From assembly GCA_963820825.1 (NCBI GenBank), contig CAWGBN010000009.1, positions 192,001-256,000 on the forward strand: 64,000 bases of DNA, in the 5' to 3' direction. Source of the stretch: Vulcanimicrobiota bacterium (GTDB lineage: Bacteria; Vulcanimicrobiota; Vulcanimicrobiia; Vulcanimicrobiales; Vulcanimicrobiaceae). Shown one piece after another: positions 20,534-31,354 of this stretch. Below the pieces are notes generated by a model. The model worked only from the letters and a program-made list of their open reading frames with translations. It did no database searches and was not told the DNA's origin. The position numbers and the translations under genes are program-made. How positions within the stretch are numbered: position 1 is the stretch's first letter; the number at the start of each line of letters is the position of its first letter.

Positions 20534-21238
20534 CTAAAAACCGTGCGTGCGATCGTAACGGTGCAGAAATCGCTTGACGTCGTCGATCGGCACGGCAAAG
20601 CCGATGCTGCGCTCTTCATCGAAGCGCGATTCGGCGACGCCGACGACTTCGCCGGTCGTCGCAATGAAGACCGGCGCGCCGCTCTCGCCCGGAACGATCG
20701 AAAGCGTCACTTCGAGCGCGTCCTTGCGAACCGAGGAGAGGCGTCCGGTGTTGAGCGAGGTCGCGAGACCCAAACCTTCGTCGTCGAACTCATCGGGGAT
20801 CGGATAACCGAGTAGACCGACTTCCCGTCCCACCTCGCCTTGCAGATGGGCCGAAGAGCCTAAGGCCATCGTCGGGAGCGGATGGCGCGGCGTGCGCAGC
20901 AGTGCGAGGTCGAGATCTTCATTCGTTGCCACGACGCGGGCCGGCGCGTGCGAGCGATTTCCGATCGTAATGTGGAGATTCCACGCGCCCTCGATCGCAT
21001 GCTGCACCGTCAGAATATCGCTGCCCCAGTCGCCCGAGGCGACGACGAAGCCGGTGGCGTACGCGTCGTCGTAACGGTCCTTCTTGTGCTCGGGGGGTAC
21101 GCGCATCGACAACAGCACGACCGCGGGCCGGAGTCGTTGGACCGAAGAGACGAAGGCATCGTCGGCATCGCGGGCGCAGGCCGTAGCGAGAAAGAGCAGC
21201 GCTATCCCGCAGGCGATTCGGGGGGTCACTTGAGGCAA
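20534..21238 (-). CDS. Trypsin-like serine protease, probable lipoprotein
   Basis: ATGFVV, LTVQHAI, DLALL, PGESGAPVF catalytic triad motifs; LATAC lipobox. Confidence 0.85.
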   Translation of the reverse strand: MPQVTPRIACGIALLFLATACARDADDAFVSSVQRLRPAVVLLSMRVPPEHKKDRYDDAYATGFVVASGDWGSDILTVQHAIEGAWNLHITIGNRSHAPARVVATNEDLDLALLRTPRHPLPTMALGSSAHLQGEVGREVGLLGYPIPDEFDDEGLGLATSLNTGRLSSVRKDALEVTLSIVPGESGAPVFIATTGEVVGVAESRFDEERSIGFAVPIDDVKRFLHRYDRTHGF

Positions 21239-22275
21239 TCGCTCAGTGCGGCGCGCAATCCGTCGAGGCCGGCTCCGGTGCGCGCGCTGACGAAGAACGC
21301 CCCGGACTCATCCGGTGCTTCGGCCGGCCTCAGGTCGCACTTGTTGAACACGGCAATTCGGGGCGTCTGGTCGAGGCCCAGCTCGTGCAGGATCGCTTCG
21401 ACGGCGCGCCGCTGCCGCGGCCATTGCGGGTTGCTCGCATCGAGCACGTGGAGCAGGAGATCTGCGTTACCGATCTCTTCCAGCGTCGCGCGAAACGCAT
21501 TCACGAGATCCTTGGGAAGATCGGTGATGAAGCCGACCGTATCGGCGATGCGAACGTACTTGCCGGGCTCGAGATAGGCCCGGCGAATCGTCGGATCGAG
21601 CGTCGCAAAGGGGCGGTCGGCGACGTATGCATCGCTGCGCGCGAGCGCGTTGAGCAGCGACGACTTGCCGACGTTGGTGTAACCGACGAGCGCCACGAGC
21701 GGCTCGGGACGCGACGAAGAGCGTCGCACCGCGCGTTGGCGGCGAACGTCGCCGAGCAATCGGTTGAGGGCGGCGATGCGCGCGCCGATACGCCGTCGAT
21801 CGACTTCGAGCTTCGTCTCGCCGGGGCCGCGCGTCCCGATTCCGCCGCCCAAGCGCGAGAGATCCGCTCCGGCGCCGATCAGGTTCGACTGGCGATAGCG
21901 CAGTTGGGCGAGTTCGACCTGAAGCTTCCCCTCGCGGCTACGCGCGTGCCGCGCAAAGACGTCGAGAATGAGCATCGTTCGGTCGACGATCGGCAGCGGA
22001 ACGATCTTCTCGAGATTCCGGCGCTGGCGCGGGCGCAGATCGTTGAGCACCAAAAGCAATCCCGCGCCGAGCTCGGCGGCCCGTTCGGCGATCTCGCGCG
22101 CCTTGCCGCTGCCGACGAGCGTCGCCGGGTCGACGGTTTCGCGATGCTGTACGACGCGATCGAGCACGTTCGCCCCAGCAGCATGCGCGAGCGCTTCGAG
22201 CTCGGCAAGCTCGGGCTCGAGAGAATCGTGCAGCGCGCGCGTCGCGACGGCGACAACGAGCGCGCCGTCGCTCAC
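21226..22275 (-). CDS. hflX: Ribosome-splitting GTPase HflX
   Basis: SREGKLQVELAQL, GIGTRGPGETKLEVDRR, GYTNVGKSSL, FATLDPT, DTVGF, NKCD; GTG overlaps the btuF stop. Confidence 0.93.
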   Translation of the reverse strand: MSDGALVVAVATRALHDSLEPELAELEALAHAAGANVLDRVVQHRETVDPATLVGSGKAREIAERAAELGAGLLLVLNDLRPRQRRNLEKIVPLPIVDRTMLILDVFARHARSREGKLQVELAQLRYRQSNLIGAGADLSRLGGGIGTRGPGETKLEVDRRRIGARIAALNRLLGDVRRQRAVRRSSSRPEPLVALVGYTNVGKSSLLNALARSDAYVADRPFATLDPTIRRAYLEPGKYVRIADTVGFITDLPKDLVNAFRATLEEIGNADLLLHVLDASNPQWPRQRRAVEAILHELGLDQTPRIAVFNKCDLRPAEAPDESGAFFVSARTGAGLDGLRAALSDCLK

Positions 22276-23138
22276 GGCGTCGCGACTGCGAGCGGCGTCA
22301 GATGGTCGACGAGCCATCGTACTCCTTGATTGTACCCCGGGCCGGGACGCTCGATGATCTTCGGGTCGACGTCGTAGACGCGATGCAGCCGCACCGCGGT
22401 CAGGCTGCGCCACGGCTCGCGATCGAGCGCGCCGCTGAGATGTACCGCGGCATCGGCGACGAGCACGTTGGGTTGGCGGCGCACGAGCGCTTCGGCACTG
22501 TAGACGCCATAGGCCGCGTGCAGATCGCTCGCCGCGTTCGTTCCTCCCGCCAGCGCGATCAGCGTGGAAATATACGAGGCGGAGCCGGCCGTCCAAATCG
22601 GACCGCTGCCGAGCACGATGAAGACGCTCGGGTGGCGCGCGTACGCCGCGGTTCGCGCGTGGAGCTGCGCCGTCTCACGCTGCAGACGCGCGATCGTTAC
22701 CGCCGCTTCGCGCGAGCGACCGGTGAGCGCGCCGATGCGCTGCAGATTCTCGAATATTGAGGCATACGAGTCGTCGGCGAGGAACACGACGCGAATTCCC
22801 GCGTGTCGCAACGGCTCGGTGAGACGCTCTTGCGCGGGGATGCCCAGGACGAGCGTGGGACGCAACGCAACGATCGCCTCGTCGTCGACGCTGGCCGCGT
22901 CGGCAACGCGGGGAAGCGCCTTTGCCTGCGGTGCGTCCGTGTAGGAAGAGACTGCGACCAGCTGCGAGCCCGCTCCGACGGCATACGCGTCGTCGGCAAA
23001 CGACGGGACGAGCGTCACCACGCGCCCCGGGAGGGCCGGAGACGCCGCAGGCGAGCTCGCGGTACTCGAACGGGCGGTACAGCCGGCGAGCGCCGCTACC
23101 GCGGCGCACGCAAGCAGAAACGACCGCAGCGAACGCAT
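22272..23138 (-). CDS. btuF: Cobalamin ABC transporter substrate-binding lipoprotein (BtuF-like)
   Basis: LAGC lipobox, RVVTLVPS, EAIVALRPTLV, ERPGP; divergent from the B12 riboswitch and btuBCD. Confidence 0.8.
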   Translation of the reverse strand: MRSLRSFLLACAAVAALAGCTARSSTASSPAASPALPGRVVTLVPSFADDAYAVGAGSQLVAVSSYTDAPQAKALPRVADAASVDDEAIVALRPTLVLGIPAQERLTEPLRHAGIRVVFLADDSYASIFENLQRIGALTGRSREAAVTIARLQRETAQLHARTAAYARHPSVFIVLGSGPIWTAGSASYISTLIALAGGTNAASDLHAAYGVYSAEALVRRQPNVLVADAAVHLSGALDREPWRSLTAVRLHRVYDVDPKIIERPGPGYNQGVRWLVDHLTPLAVATP

Positions 23139-23189
23139 CCCAACCGAGTACGCAAGAAGGAGCGCGCCGCCCTTTGCGCAATTCGGCTC

Positions 23190-23340
23190 GTACGTTTGCG
23201 CGGGAAGCCGGTGTGAGGCCGGCACGGTCGCGCCACTGTATGCGGGGAGCCGCTCGAGCCACTGTCCTCGACTCGCTTTAGGATGGGAAGGCTCGGGCAC
23301 CGGCAACGATCCGCGAGTCAGGATATCGTCGCAAACGTTC
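23190..23340 (+). ncRNA. Cobalamin riboswitch
   Basis: GGGAAgccGGTG…CCGGCACGGTCGCGCCACTGT…GCCACTG…GGGAAGG…GAGTCAGGA elements; closing helix CGTTTGCG/CGCAAACG; upstream of a btuB-like gene. Confidence 0.92.
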
Positions 23341-23375
23341 TTCTGCAGATCCGCCTCGCGCAAAGGAAGGATGCG

Positions 23376-25277
23376 ATGCTCTCAACGCTTCTTGCGGCGA
23401 TCGCCGCCACGACTCCGTCACCCTCGCCCTCGCCAAGCCCCGTGCCGCAGATCGCGCACGTCGTAACCAGCGATCGCGGCCTCGAATCGGCCGCGCGAAC
23501 CGCTCGCACGACGTACGTTGTAACGGCCGCACAAATTGCACGCGACGGCGACCGAACGGTTGCCGATGCAATCGAATCGGTTCCCGGCGTCAACCTCGTC
23601 CGCTACGGTGCTTTCGGCGCCGCGGCGACGGTCGGCGTACGCGGCAGCTCGGCGCAGCAGATCTTGGTTCTCGTCGACGGGCTGCCGATGGCCGGAGGAG
23701 AGATCGACGACATCAACCTCGAGCAGTTTTCGGTCAGCGGCGTCGATCGCATCGAAGTCGTGGAAGGCGGCGGCTCGACGCTCTACGGATCGGGATCGAT
23801 GGGCGGGGTGATCAACATCATCACCGCCTCTCCCCCGTCGGGAAGCAACGCGACGATCGCAACTGGATCGTTCGACGAACAAACGTATCTCTTTCAAACG
23901 CCCTATCTAACGTTTCAACGCACGTATGCGACGAACGACTACTCGGTTGTGAATGCGCCGAATAGGCAGAACGCTCAGGCCGGTTTGACGAGCGTGACCG
24001 CGCGATACGCCCACGCCGTCGGACGGATCGACGTCACGTTGAGCGGCGATCTGACCGACGCCGACTCGGGAGCTCCGGGCGAGCTCGGATACTTTTCGCC
24101 GACGAGCGAGCAGAACAACGTGAACCGCGACGTGCGGCTCAACCTCGAGCACAAAGGCCCGCGCTCGTCCACCACCCTCGACTTGGGCGACTCCTCGCAA
24201 GACCTCGCATATACGTGCAACACGCCGGTCGATTACAACTGTCCGAACTCCGCATATCCAACGCCGCCGCCGGGAATGACGTCGAACCCGCCATACGCTC
24301 AGGAGCTCTACGACCAGCATTGGATGGCGGCCCTGCGCAACGTCGCCGGCGACGAGCACGAACGTCTGGTCTACGGAATCGACGCGATGCGCGGCATCGC
24401 GCGCGTCGATACGGGAACGGGCGGCGGCTCGCCGTTTGCAGCCGACAACGCGCCGGTCTTCGACCCCTACGCACAGACGGCGGCGTACGTGCAGTCACAG
24501 TGGTTTTGGGAAGACGGCGCACAGATCTACGCGGGCCTGCGTGGGGAGCGCGACGGCGGCCTCGGCGGCGCTTATTCACCTTCGCTCGGCGGTGTCGCCC
24601 CGCTGGGAAAGGCACTCCAGCTGAAGATCAACGCTGCCACCGCATTTCGCGCGCCGACCGCCGAGGAGCTCTACTATCCGGGCTTCTCGAATCCGGATCT
24701 CGGACCGGAGCGAACGCGCGTCGCCGACGCGACGGTCGTCGTTCCCGCTCTCGCCGGCGGTCTCAGTTTCGGCTGGTTCGCAATGAGCGGCTCGAACTTC
24801 ATCGTCTCGCCGCCGCCGGACTACATTCCGGAGAACGTCGGCCACGCCTCGATTGCGGGTCTCACGCTCCAGGCATCGACGCCTGGATATCGGGGATTCA
24901 CCGCGACGCTCGGCGTTACCAATCTCTACCGAGCCCAAAATCTCGATACCGACTCGCGCCTGCCCGGGAGAGGGCCGGTCTTTGCCGTGAATCTCGGCCT
25001 GCGCTACGTCGCGCCGCCGCAGAGCCGCTTCGACGGATTCAACGTCATCATGCAAACGCAAGGTCCGCAAGAAAACGCCGATCCCTACTTGCAGGCGGCC
25101 GACTCGACGTATCAGCCTTCGACGTTTACCGTGATCAATGGCTACGCCGGGTATCGGTTCGGCTCGCACCTGATTCTGTCACTGCGCGGCTACAATCTCG
25201 GCAACGATCGCTACGCGATCTACGCCGGCTTTCCGATGCCCGGCCGATCTTTCGCGCTCGAGATGCGAAGCCGGTGA
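23376..25277 (+). CDS. btuB: TonB-dependent receptor, BtuB-like (B12 uptake)
   Basis: Plug motifs VRGSSAQQILVLVDG and VDRIEVVEGGGSTLYG; AFRAPTAEELY; C-terminal GFPMPGRSF; downstream of the riboswitch. Confidence 0.85.
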   Translation: MLSTLLAAIAATTPSPSPSPSPVPQIAHVVTSDRGLESAARTARTTYVVTAAQIARDGDRTVADAIESVPGVNLVRYGAFGAAATVGVRGSSAQQILVLVDGLPMAGGEIDDINLEQFSVSGVDRIEVVEGGGSTLYGSGSMGGVINIITASPPSGSNATIATGSFDEQTYLFQTPYLTFQRTYATNDYSVVNAPNRQNAQAGLTSVTARYAHAVGRIDVTLSGDLTDADSGAPGELGYFSPTSEQNNVNRDVRLNLEHKGPRSSTTLDLGDSSQDLAYTCNTPVDYNCPNSAYPTPPPGMTSNPPYAQELYDQHWMAALRNVAGDEHERLVYGIDAMRGIARVDTGTGGGSPFAADNAPVFDPYAQTAAYVQSQWFWEDGAQIYAGLRGERDGGLGGAYSPSLGGVAPLGKALQLKINAATAFRAPTAEELYYPGFSNPDLGPERTRVADATVVVPALAGGLSFGWFAMSGSNFIVSPPPDYIPENVGHASIAGLTLQASTPGYRGFTATLGVTNLYRAQNLDTDSRLPGRGPVFAVNLGLRYVAPPQSRFDGFNVIMQTQGPQENADPYLQAADSTYQPSTFTVINGYAGYRFGSHLILSLRGYNLGNDRYAIYAGFPMPGRSFALEMRSR

Positions 25278-26275
25278 AGCGGTTCGCCGCCGCCGGCCTC
25301 GCCCTGCTCGTGCCTGCGGCCGGCGTGGCGAGTCTGCTCGTCGGCGGGACGCCGCTCACCATCGCGCAGATCGCCGGAGCACTTCTCCATCCGCACGGTA
25401 CCGGCGTCGTCGACGCGATCGTCTGGCAGCTTCGCCTGCCGCGCGTCTGCATCGCCGCGACGGTCGGCGCCTCGCTCGCGCTCTGTGGCGCGATGCTGCA
25501 AGGAATGCTGCGCAATCCGCTCGCCGATCCGTATCTCACGGGCGTGAGCGCGGCGGCGGCGGCGGCGATCGCGATCGCCGTGCTCGCCGGCGCGGCGATC
25601 GGGGCGCTGCCGATCATCGGATTTATCGCGGGACTCGGGGCGGCGCTGCTCGTTGCGGCGCTCGCGCGGCGCGGGAGCGGAATCGATCCCAATCGGCTCA
25701 TTCTCGCCGGCGTCTCGCTCTCGACGCTCTTTGCCGCGATCGTAACGCTCGCCGTCGTGCGCGCCGATTCGAGCGGTTACGCCGGAACGATCCTCGCATG
25801 GCTGGCCGGATCGATGGCCGGGCGCGGCTGGCACGATCTCGCGCTGGTGGCGCCGTACGCCGGATTCGGCGCGGTGTTGACCTTCGCATCGGCCCCGGCT
25901 TTGAATGCACTACGCATCGGCGATCTGCGTGCGCGCACCGTCGGCCTCGACGTCGAGCGCGCGCAGTGGATCGTTCTTGCAGCCTCCTCATTGCTCGCCG
26001 CCAGCAGCGTCGTGCTCGCGGGCTTGGTCGGCTTCATCGGCTTGATCGTGCCGCACGTCGCGCGGCGCATCGTCGGATCGGATGCCCGCGTGCTCCTGCC
26101 GGCCTGCATCGCGATCGGCGCGGCGCTCTGCATGCTCGCCGATGCGATCTGCCGGCGGATCGTCGCGCCCGCCGAGCTTCCGATCGGCGTGCTGCTCGCT
26201 TTCATCGGCGTGCCGGCATTTCTCTATCTCTACCTGCGCCCCGGAGCGAGCGCGGAACGAAGCGCGCGAACGTGA
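25274..26275 (+). CDS. btuC: FecCD/BtuC-family ABC permease
   Basis: IVWQLRLPR, LQGMLRNPLADPYLTGVS, GFIGLIVPH, ELPIG. Confidence 0.88.
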   Translation: MKRFAAAGLALLVPAAGVASLLVGGTPLTIAQIAGALLHPHGTGVVDAIVWQLRLPRVCIAATVGASLALCGAMLQGMLRNPLADPYLTGVSAAAAAAIAIAVLAGAAIGALPIIGFIAGLGAALLVAALARRGSGIDPNRLILAGVSLSTLFAAIVTLAVVRADSSGYAGTILAWLAGSMAGRGWHDLALVAPYAGFGAVLTFASAPALNALRIGDLRARTVGLDVERAQWIVLAASSLLAASSVVLAGLVGFIGLIVPHVARRIVGSDARVLLPACIAIGAALCMLADAICRRIVAPAELPIGVLLAFIGVPAFLYLYLRPGASAERSART

Positions 26276-27048
26276 TCGAGCTGCGCGACGTTTTGCTGCG
26301 AATCGGCGGACGGCCGTGGCTGACGCACGTCGACGCGCGTATCGAGCCGGGAGAGTTCGTCGCAATCCTCGGCCCAAACGGCGTCGGAAAGACGACGCTG
26401 CTGCGCGCGATCGCCGGTCTCCACCCGATCGGCGCCGGAGCGATCCTGCTCGACGGACGGCCGATCGCCGAGATGGCTTCGCACGAGCGTGCCCGCCGCG
26501 TCGCGTTCGTCACCGGCGACGAGCTGCTGCTCGACGCGCTCAGCGTTCGCGACGTGGTCGCGATCGGGCGTTTTCCGCACCACCGCTGGTGGGAGTGGCA
26601 GACGCGCGGGAACGACGCAAGCGCCGTCGCGCAAGCACTCGAAGCGGTCGGAATGGAGCGCTTTGCGGATCGGCTCTTCTCGACGCTGAGCTCGGGCGAA
26701 CGGCAGCGCATTTGGATCGCGCTGGGGCTGGCGCAAGAGACGCCGATCCTGCTGCTCGACGAACCGACGAGCCATCTCGACGTTCGCGTCTCGCACGAGA
26801 TACTCGGATTGCTGCAACGTTTGGCTCGCTCGGGAAAGAGCGTCGTCTGCGCGCTGCACGATCTCAACGAAGCCGCTGCCTACGCCGATCGCCTCGGCCT
26901 GCTCGGCGACGGAACGCTGCTCGCACTCGACCGGCCGGAGAGACTGCTCGCCGAACCGCTGCTCGAGCGCGTCTACGGAGTCGCGATGGAGTCTATTCGC
27001 CTCGGGGACGGAGGGTTGCGCGTCTTCGCGCGCGCGGCGCGACGCTAG
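26272..27048 (+). CDS. btuD: Cobalamin/iron-chelate ABC ATPase
   Basis: GPNGVGKTT, LSSGERQR, LLLDEPTSHLD, HDLN. Confidence 0.88.
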   Translation: MIELRDVLLRIGGRPWLTHVDARIEPGEFVAILGPNGVGKTTLLRAIAGLHPIGAGAILLDGRPIAEMASHERARRVAFVTGDELLLDALSVRDVVAIGRFPHHRWWEWQTRGNDASAVAQALEAVGMERFADRLFSTLSSGERQRIWIALGLAQETPILLLDEPTSHLDVRVSHEILGLLQRLARSGKSVVCALHDLNEAAAYADRLGLLGDGTLLALDRPERLLAEPLLERVYGVAMESIRLGDGGLRVFARAARR

Positions 27049-27434
27049 TGGTGGTCGCTCGGTAAAAAGCGAACGTCGGAACCGAGCACCCACCGCGTAG
27101 CCCCGCGCTGCGGACCGCTCGAGATCGTGATGCCTACGGCATCGTCGGGCGTCGCGAAGAGCGGCGATTCCACGTAACCGGCGACGCACGAGATCACGAT
27201 CGCGCGCGTACCGGGAGCGACCAAGACGGCATGCGGCAGCATCGCCTGCGCCTCGTCGAAGGAGGCCGCGTTATAGGCGCGCAGTCGCGCCCGCGAATCC
27301 CAGATCAGAACCGAGGGATCGTCGGCGGTGCTGTAGAGCACGACGTGATCTCCGTGATGGACTTTGCAGTCGGCCAAGGCGACCCCGGTCGTCGCCCCCC
27401 AGACGATCAGCAGCGCGATCCCGAGCCTACGCAT
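27045..27434 (-). CDS. Hypothetical secreted protein
   Basis: Signal peptide ending VALA; start overlaps the PP2C gene end. Confidence 0.65.
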   Translation of the reverse strand: MRRLGIALLIVWGATTGVALADCKVHHGDHVVLYSTADDPSVLIWDSRARLRAYNAASFDEAQAMLPHAVLVAPGTRAIVISCVAGYVESPLFATPDDAVGITISSGPQRGATRWVLGSDVRFLPSDHH

Positions 27435-28793
27435 GGATCGGCTCCATGTCCATCATTCGAATCGCCAGTATCGCCAGGTCGTCGTGCACGCGGCTGCCGC
27501 CACGAGCGCGAACCTGCGCGACGAGCTCGTCGGCGAGCTGCTGCGCGTGAAGACCGCCGCGCTCGATCAACTCCATCGCGCCGCTGCCGTTGAGCGGCTT
27601 TCCGTCGCGATTGCGCACCTCGGTCAAACCGTCGGTCGCGAGCACGAGCGTGTCGCCGGGATTGAGGTCGATCGTCCGGGAGTAGAACGGTTCTTCCATC
27701 ACACCCAAGACGGGTCCGGTCACCGCGAGCTGCTCGACGTCCGAACGCCGGCGCAGATAGGCGCAGTCGTGCCCGGCGCTGCCGTACTCGAGCCGGAACG
27801 TCGTCGTGTCGAGCACGCCGACGAACATCGAAACGAAGAGATACGGATTGCCCACCGCCTTCGAGAAGGCGCTGTTGAACTCGGAGAGAATCGCGCCCGG
27901 TTCGCTCTGGCGCAGGGCGATCGCCCGAATCATGAACTTGATGAAAGCCGTGAGGACGGCGGCATCGACGCCTTTGCCGCTGACGTCGGCAATGAGCACC
28001 AGCGCGCGGTTCGCCGAGAGCCGAAAGACGTCGAAGACGTCCCCGCCAACCGCAAGATGGCTCGTCGCGGAGAGATAAGCGCTGCCCACTTCGCAGTGCG
28101 GCAAGGGTACCGACTCGCTGCGAAACGCCCGCTGTAAGATCTCGATGATCGTGCGCTCGTGCTCGAGCTCGCGGTTGAGGCGCGAGCGAAATACGTTGAA
28201 GAGGATCGCGAGTACGCCGAATACGAGCACCCAGAAGGCGCGCGTATAAGAGGAGCGGTCGAGCTGTAGCTGCGTACTGTGCACCAGCGAGGCATCGGTG
28301 CCGGCGAGCGCTTCCCGAATTGCCGCGGCCGTCCGCGTCTCGTAATCGGAGAAGAGTTTGTTGCGCTTGTCGAACTCGACGAGCCGCTGCGGGTTACGCA
28401 AGAGCGGACGCGCGATCTCGTCGCGCCAGCGCGATTGCAGGTAACCGTACGCGCCCAGAAGCTGCAAGGGGTCGGTGAGGTGTTCGTCGCTCAGGATGCG
28501 CTGAATCGTCGCCTCTTTGGCGTCGTACCCGCCGGCGGCTTGCCGGTATTGAGCGACGTAGAATGGATCCGCGTCAAGACGTAGCCGCGCAGCGAGTTCT
28601 CTTCGTCGATCTGCAACCGCAGCAGTTCCTCGAGATCGAGCTGAGCCTGCTCGAGCTGCGCCTCGCGAGCGAAGGTACTGGTGATCTGGGCGCGCGTCTC
28701 GAAGGTGCCTTCGACCGCGAAGCCGAGCGTCACGACCAGGAATGCCGTCAGCAGCAGCGTCGCGGTGAGATCTGCGAGCGGTTCGTTCTTCAC
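27427..28793 (-). CDS. Membrane sensor PP2C/SpoIIE (RsbU-like) phosphatase with CHASE3-like domain (frameshift near 28570)
   Basis: TM + DEENSLRGYVLT; VGGDVFDVF, IADVSGKG, ATDGLTE, DDLAIL. Confidence 0.85.
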
Positions 28794-28831
28794 AAAGGCG
28801 TCATCGAGGCGCGGTCGAAGAACCGCAGGCT

Positions 28832-30198
28832 GTGCGAGTGGACCCCACGATTTTCAAATCCTACGACGTCCGCGGGGTTTATCCGTCCGAGCTCAGCGAC
28901 GACGTCGCCTACGCGATCGGACGCACCTTCATATCGCTGCTCGAATCGGAGCGGAGCGCCGGCAGCGCGCGTACGAACGTGGTCGTCGGCCGCGACATGC
29001 GCCCGTCGGGAGCGCAACTCTGCGACGCGTTCGCGCGCGGTGCCGCCGACGCCGGCGCGGACGTCGTCGATATCGGTATGGTATCCACCGACGCGCTCTA
29101 CTTCGCGGTCGGAAAGTTCGAGTTCGACGGTGGCGTCATGATCACGGCTTCGCATAACCCGGCCAATACAATGGAATGAAGTTCACCCGCTCGCAGGCCC
29201 AGGCAATCTCGCTCGACACCGGCCTGGCGACAATACGGGACCGGCTGCTTTCGGGAGAGCTGCCTCCCAAGAGCGCCGACCGGGGGACCATTACCCATCG
29301 TAACGTGCTCGACGATTTTGCGCAACACTGCCTCTCGTTCGTGGACCGCTCGAAGATCAAGCCCTTCCGGATCGCCGTCGATGCCGGGAATGGGATGGCG
29401 GGCGAGACGATACCGCACGTCTTCAAGAGCCTGCCGTGCGAGGTGATTCCGATCTACTTCGAGCTCGACGGCAGCTTCCCCAATCACCCGGCGAGTCCGA
29501 TCGAGCCGGAGAACATGATCGACTTGCAAGCCGAGGTGCGCAAGCACCAATGCGACCTCGGGGCGGCCTTCGACGGCGACGCCGACCGGATGTTCATCGT
29601 CGACGAGAAGGGCGGTCTCATCGACGGCAGCACGGTGACCGCGCTCGTCGCGCTCAACACGCTCAAAAAATACCCCGGCGCTAAGATTCTCTACAACCTC
29701 ATCTGCAGCCGGTCGGTTCCGGAGCTCATCCTCAAGGCCGGGGGCGTCCCGATTCGCTCGAGGGTCGGGCACTCGATCATCAAGGCCGTGATGCGCGAAG
29801 AGGACGTCGTTTTCGGTGGCGAGCACAGCGGTCATTTCTATTTTCGCGACAACTGGTATGCCGACTCCGGAATGATCGCACTCTTGCAGTGTCTTGAAGT
29901 TTTCAGCGAAGCGAAGAAACCGGTCAGCGAGGTGATCGCGCCGATCGATACTCGCTTCCGCTCCGGCGAGATCAACACTCACGTGAAGGACGCCGACGCC
30001 AAACTACGTGAAATCGAAGCGCACTATCCGGACGCTCAAATCGACCACCTCGACGGCGTAACGATCTCGTATCCGAACTGGTGGATGAACGTCCGTCCGT
30101 CCAATACCGAACCGCTGCTCCGCTTGAACGTCGAAGGCGACACGAAAGCGTTGATGGAGCAACATCGCGACGAAGCGCTGGCGCTGATTCGGAGCTGA
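28832..30198 (+). CDS. Phosphomannomutase/phosphoglucomutase (frameshift near 29165)
   Basis: IFKSYDVRG, ITASHNP then NGMK in the next frame, FDGDADR, GGEHSGH, RPSNTEP. Confidence 0.92.
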
Positions 30199-30207
30199 CT
30201 GCAGAGA

Positions 30208-31350
30208 ATGTCGGCGACCTTACTCGGACCCGCCTTTATCGCCGTCGGCGACGGCACGTCCACCTTCGGACGCCTCGCCGTCGAGAACGGCCGGATCGCC
30301 GGCGTGCTCGCCGCCGACGGACCGACGGATTTTCCGCTTCCGGCGGGCAGCAGCATCGCACCCGGCCTCATCGATCTGCACACCAACGGCGCCGGCGAGT
30401 ACCTTTTCAATCGCGATCAAGGCAACGCCGTCGGCATCGCCGGCGCGAGCTATGCGGCCAACGGCGCAACCGGATTCGTCGCCAGCGTCATGACCGCGCC
30501 GTGGGAATCGATGCTGCACGCGGCTTCGCAGCTCGTCGAAGCGGCGAATCAACTCGAGGAGGAGCCGCCGGCGGGCGCGCGCTGTCTCGGTATCCATTTC
30601 GAGGGGCCGTTCTTGAACGCGAAATTCCGGCGAATCCACCGTCACGAGTGGCTGCTCACTGCGAGCGCCGCGCACGCGCAAGAGATGGTCGACGCCTGCA
30701 AAGGGGCTTGTCTGCTCGTTACGATGGCCCCCGAGATCGACGGCGCCGCCGATGCGCTGCGCGTCTTCTTAGAGAACGGCGTCGTCTGTTCGGCCGGACA
30801 TACCGGCGCGCGATACCGCGAGGGCATGCTCGCGATCGGGCTCGGTTTCCGCTCGCTCACGCACGCCTTCAACGGGATGCCGCCGCTCGACCATCGCGAC
30901 CCCTCGATCTTGGCCGCGTTCATTCAGGATCGCCGGACGCTCGTGCAGGTGATCTGTGACGGCTTTCACGTCTCGCCGGTAATGATCGACATCCTTCATC
31001 GAACGCTGGGCGATCGCGTCGTCTTGGTTACCGATAACATGCCGGCCGCCGATCCAGGTTATCACATCGAGGGCGGCGTGATGCGGGCCGAGGACGGAAC
31101 GATTGCCGGCAGCGCCCTGCGCATCGACGAAGCGCTGCGCAACTATATGTCGTACGCACAGATTCCCTTTGCGCAGGCAATCGTCGCCGCGACGTACGCG
31201 CCGGCTCGCCTGATCCACCACGATGGCGAGATGGGACGCATCGCACGAGGCGCGCGCGCCGATCTCTCGTTCTGGGATAAGGATTATCGGGTCGTCGGCA
31301 CGATGGTCGGCGGCCGCTTCGTCTACAACCAGATCGAAGTCGCCGCGTAG
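30208..31350 (+). CDS. nagA: N-acetylglucosamine-6-phosphate deacetylase
   Basis: PGLIDLHTNG, GIHFEGPFL, TMAPE, AGHT, THAFNGM, ICDGFHV, LVTD, IAGS. Confidence 0.9.
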   Translation: MSATLLGPAFIAVGDGTSTFGRLAVENGRIAGVLAADGPTDFPLPAGSSIAPGLIDLHTNGAGEYLFNRDQGNAVGIAGASYAANGATGFVASVMTAPWESMLHAASQLVEAANQLEEEPPAGARCLGIHFEGPFLNAKFRRIHRHEWLLTASAAHAQEMVDACKGACLLVTMAPEIDGAADALRVFLENGVVCSAGHTGARYREGMLAIGLGFRSLTHAFNGMPPLDHRDPSILAAFIQDRRTLVQVICDGFHVSPVMIDILHRTLGDRVVLVTDNMPAADPGYHIEGGVMRAEDGTIAGSALRIDEALRNYMSYAQIPFAQAIVAATYAPARLIHHDGEMGRIARGARADLSFWDKDYRVVGTMVGGRFVYNQIEVAA

Positions 31351-31354
31351 CGCG

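Noticed and set aside
26240..26272. Possible further REP-like copy at the btuC C-terminus (CCGGAGCGAGCGCGGAACGAAGCG)
   Set aside because: Similarity is too weak to distinguish from chance in GC-rich sequence.
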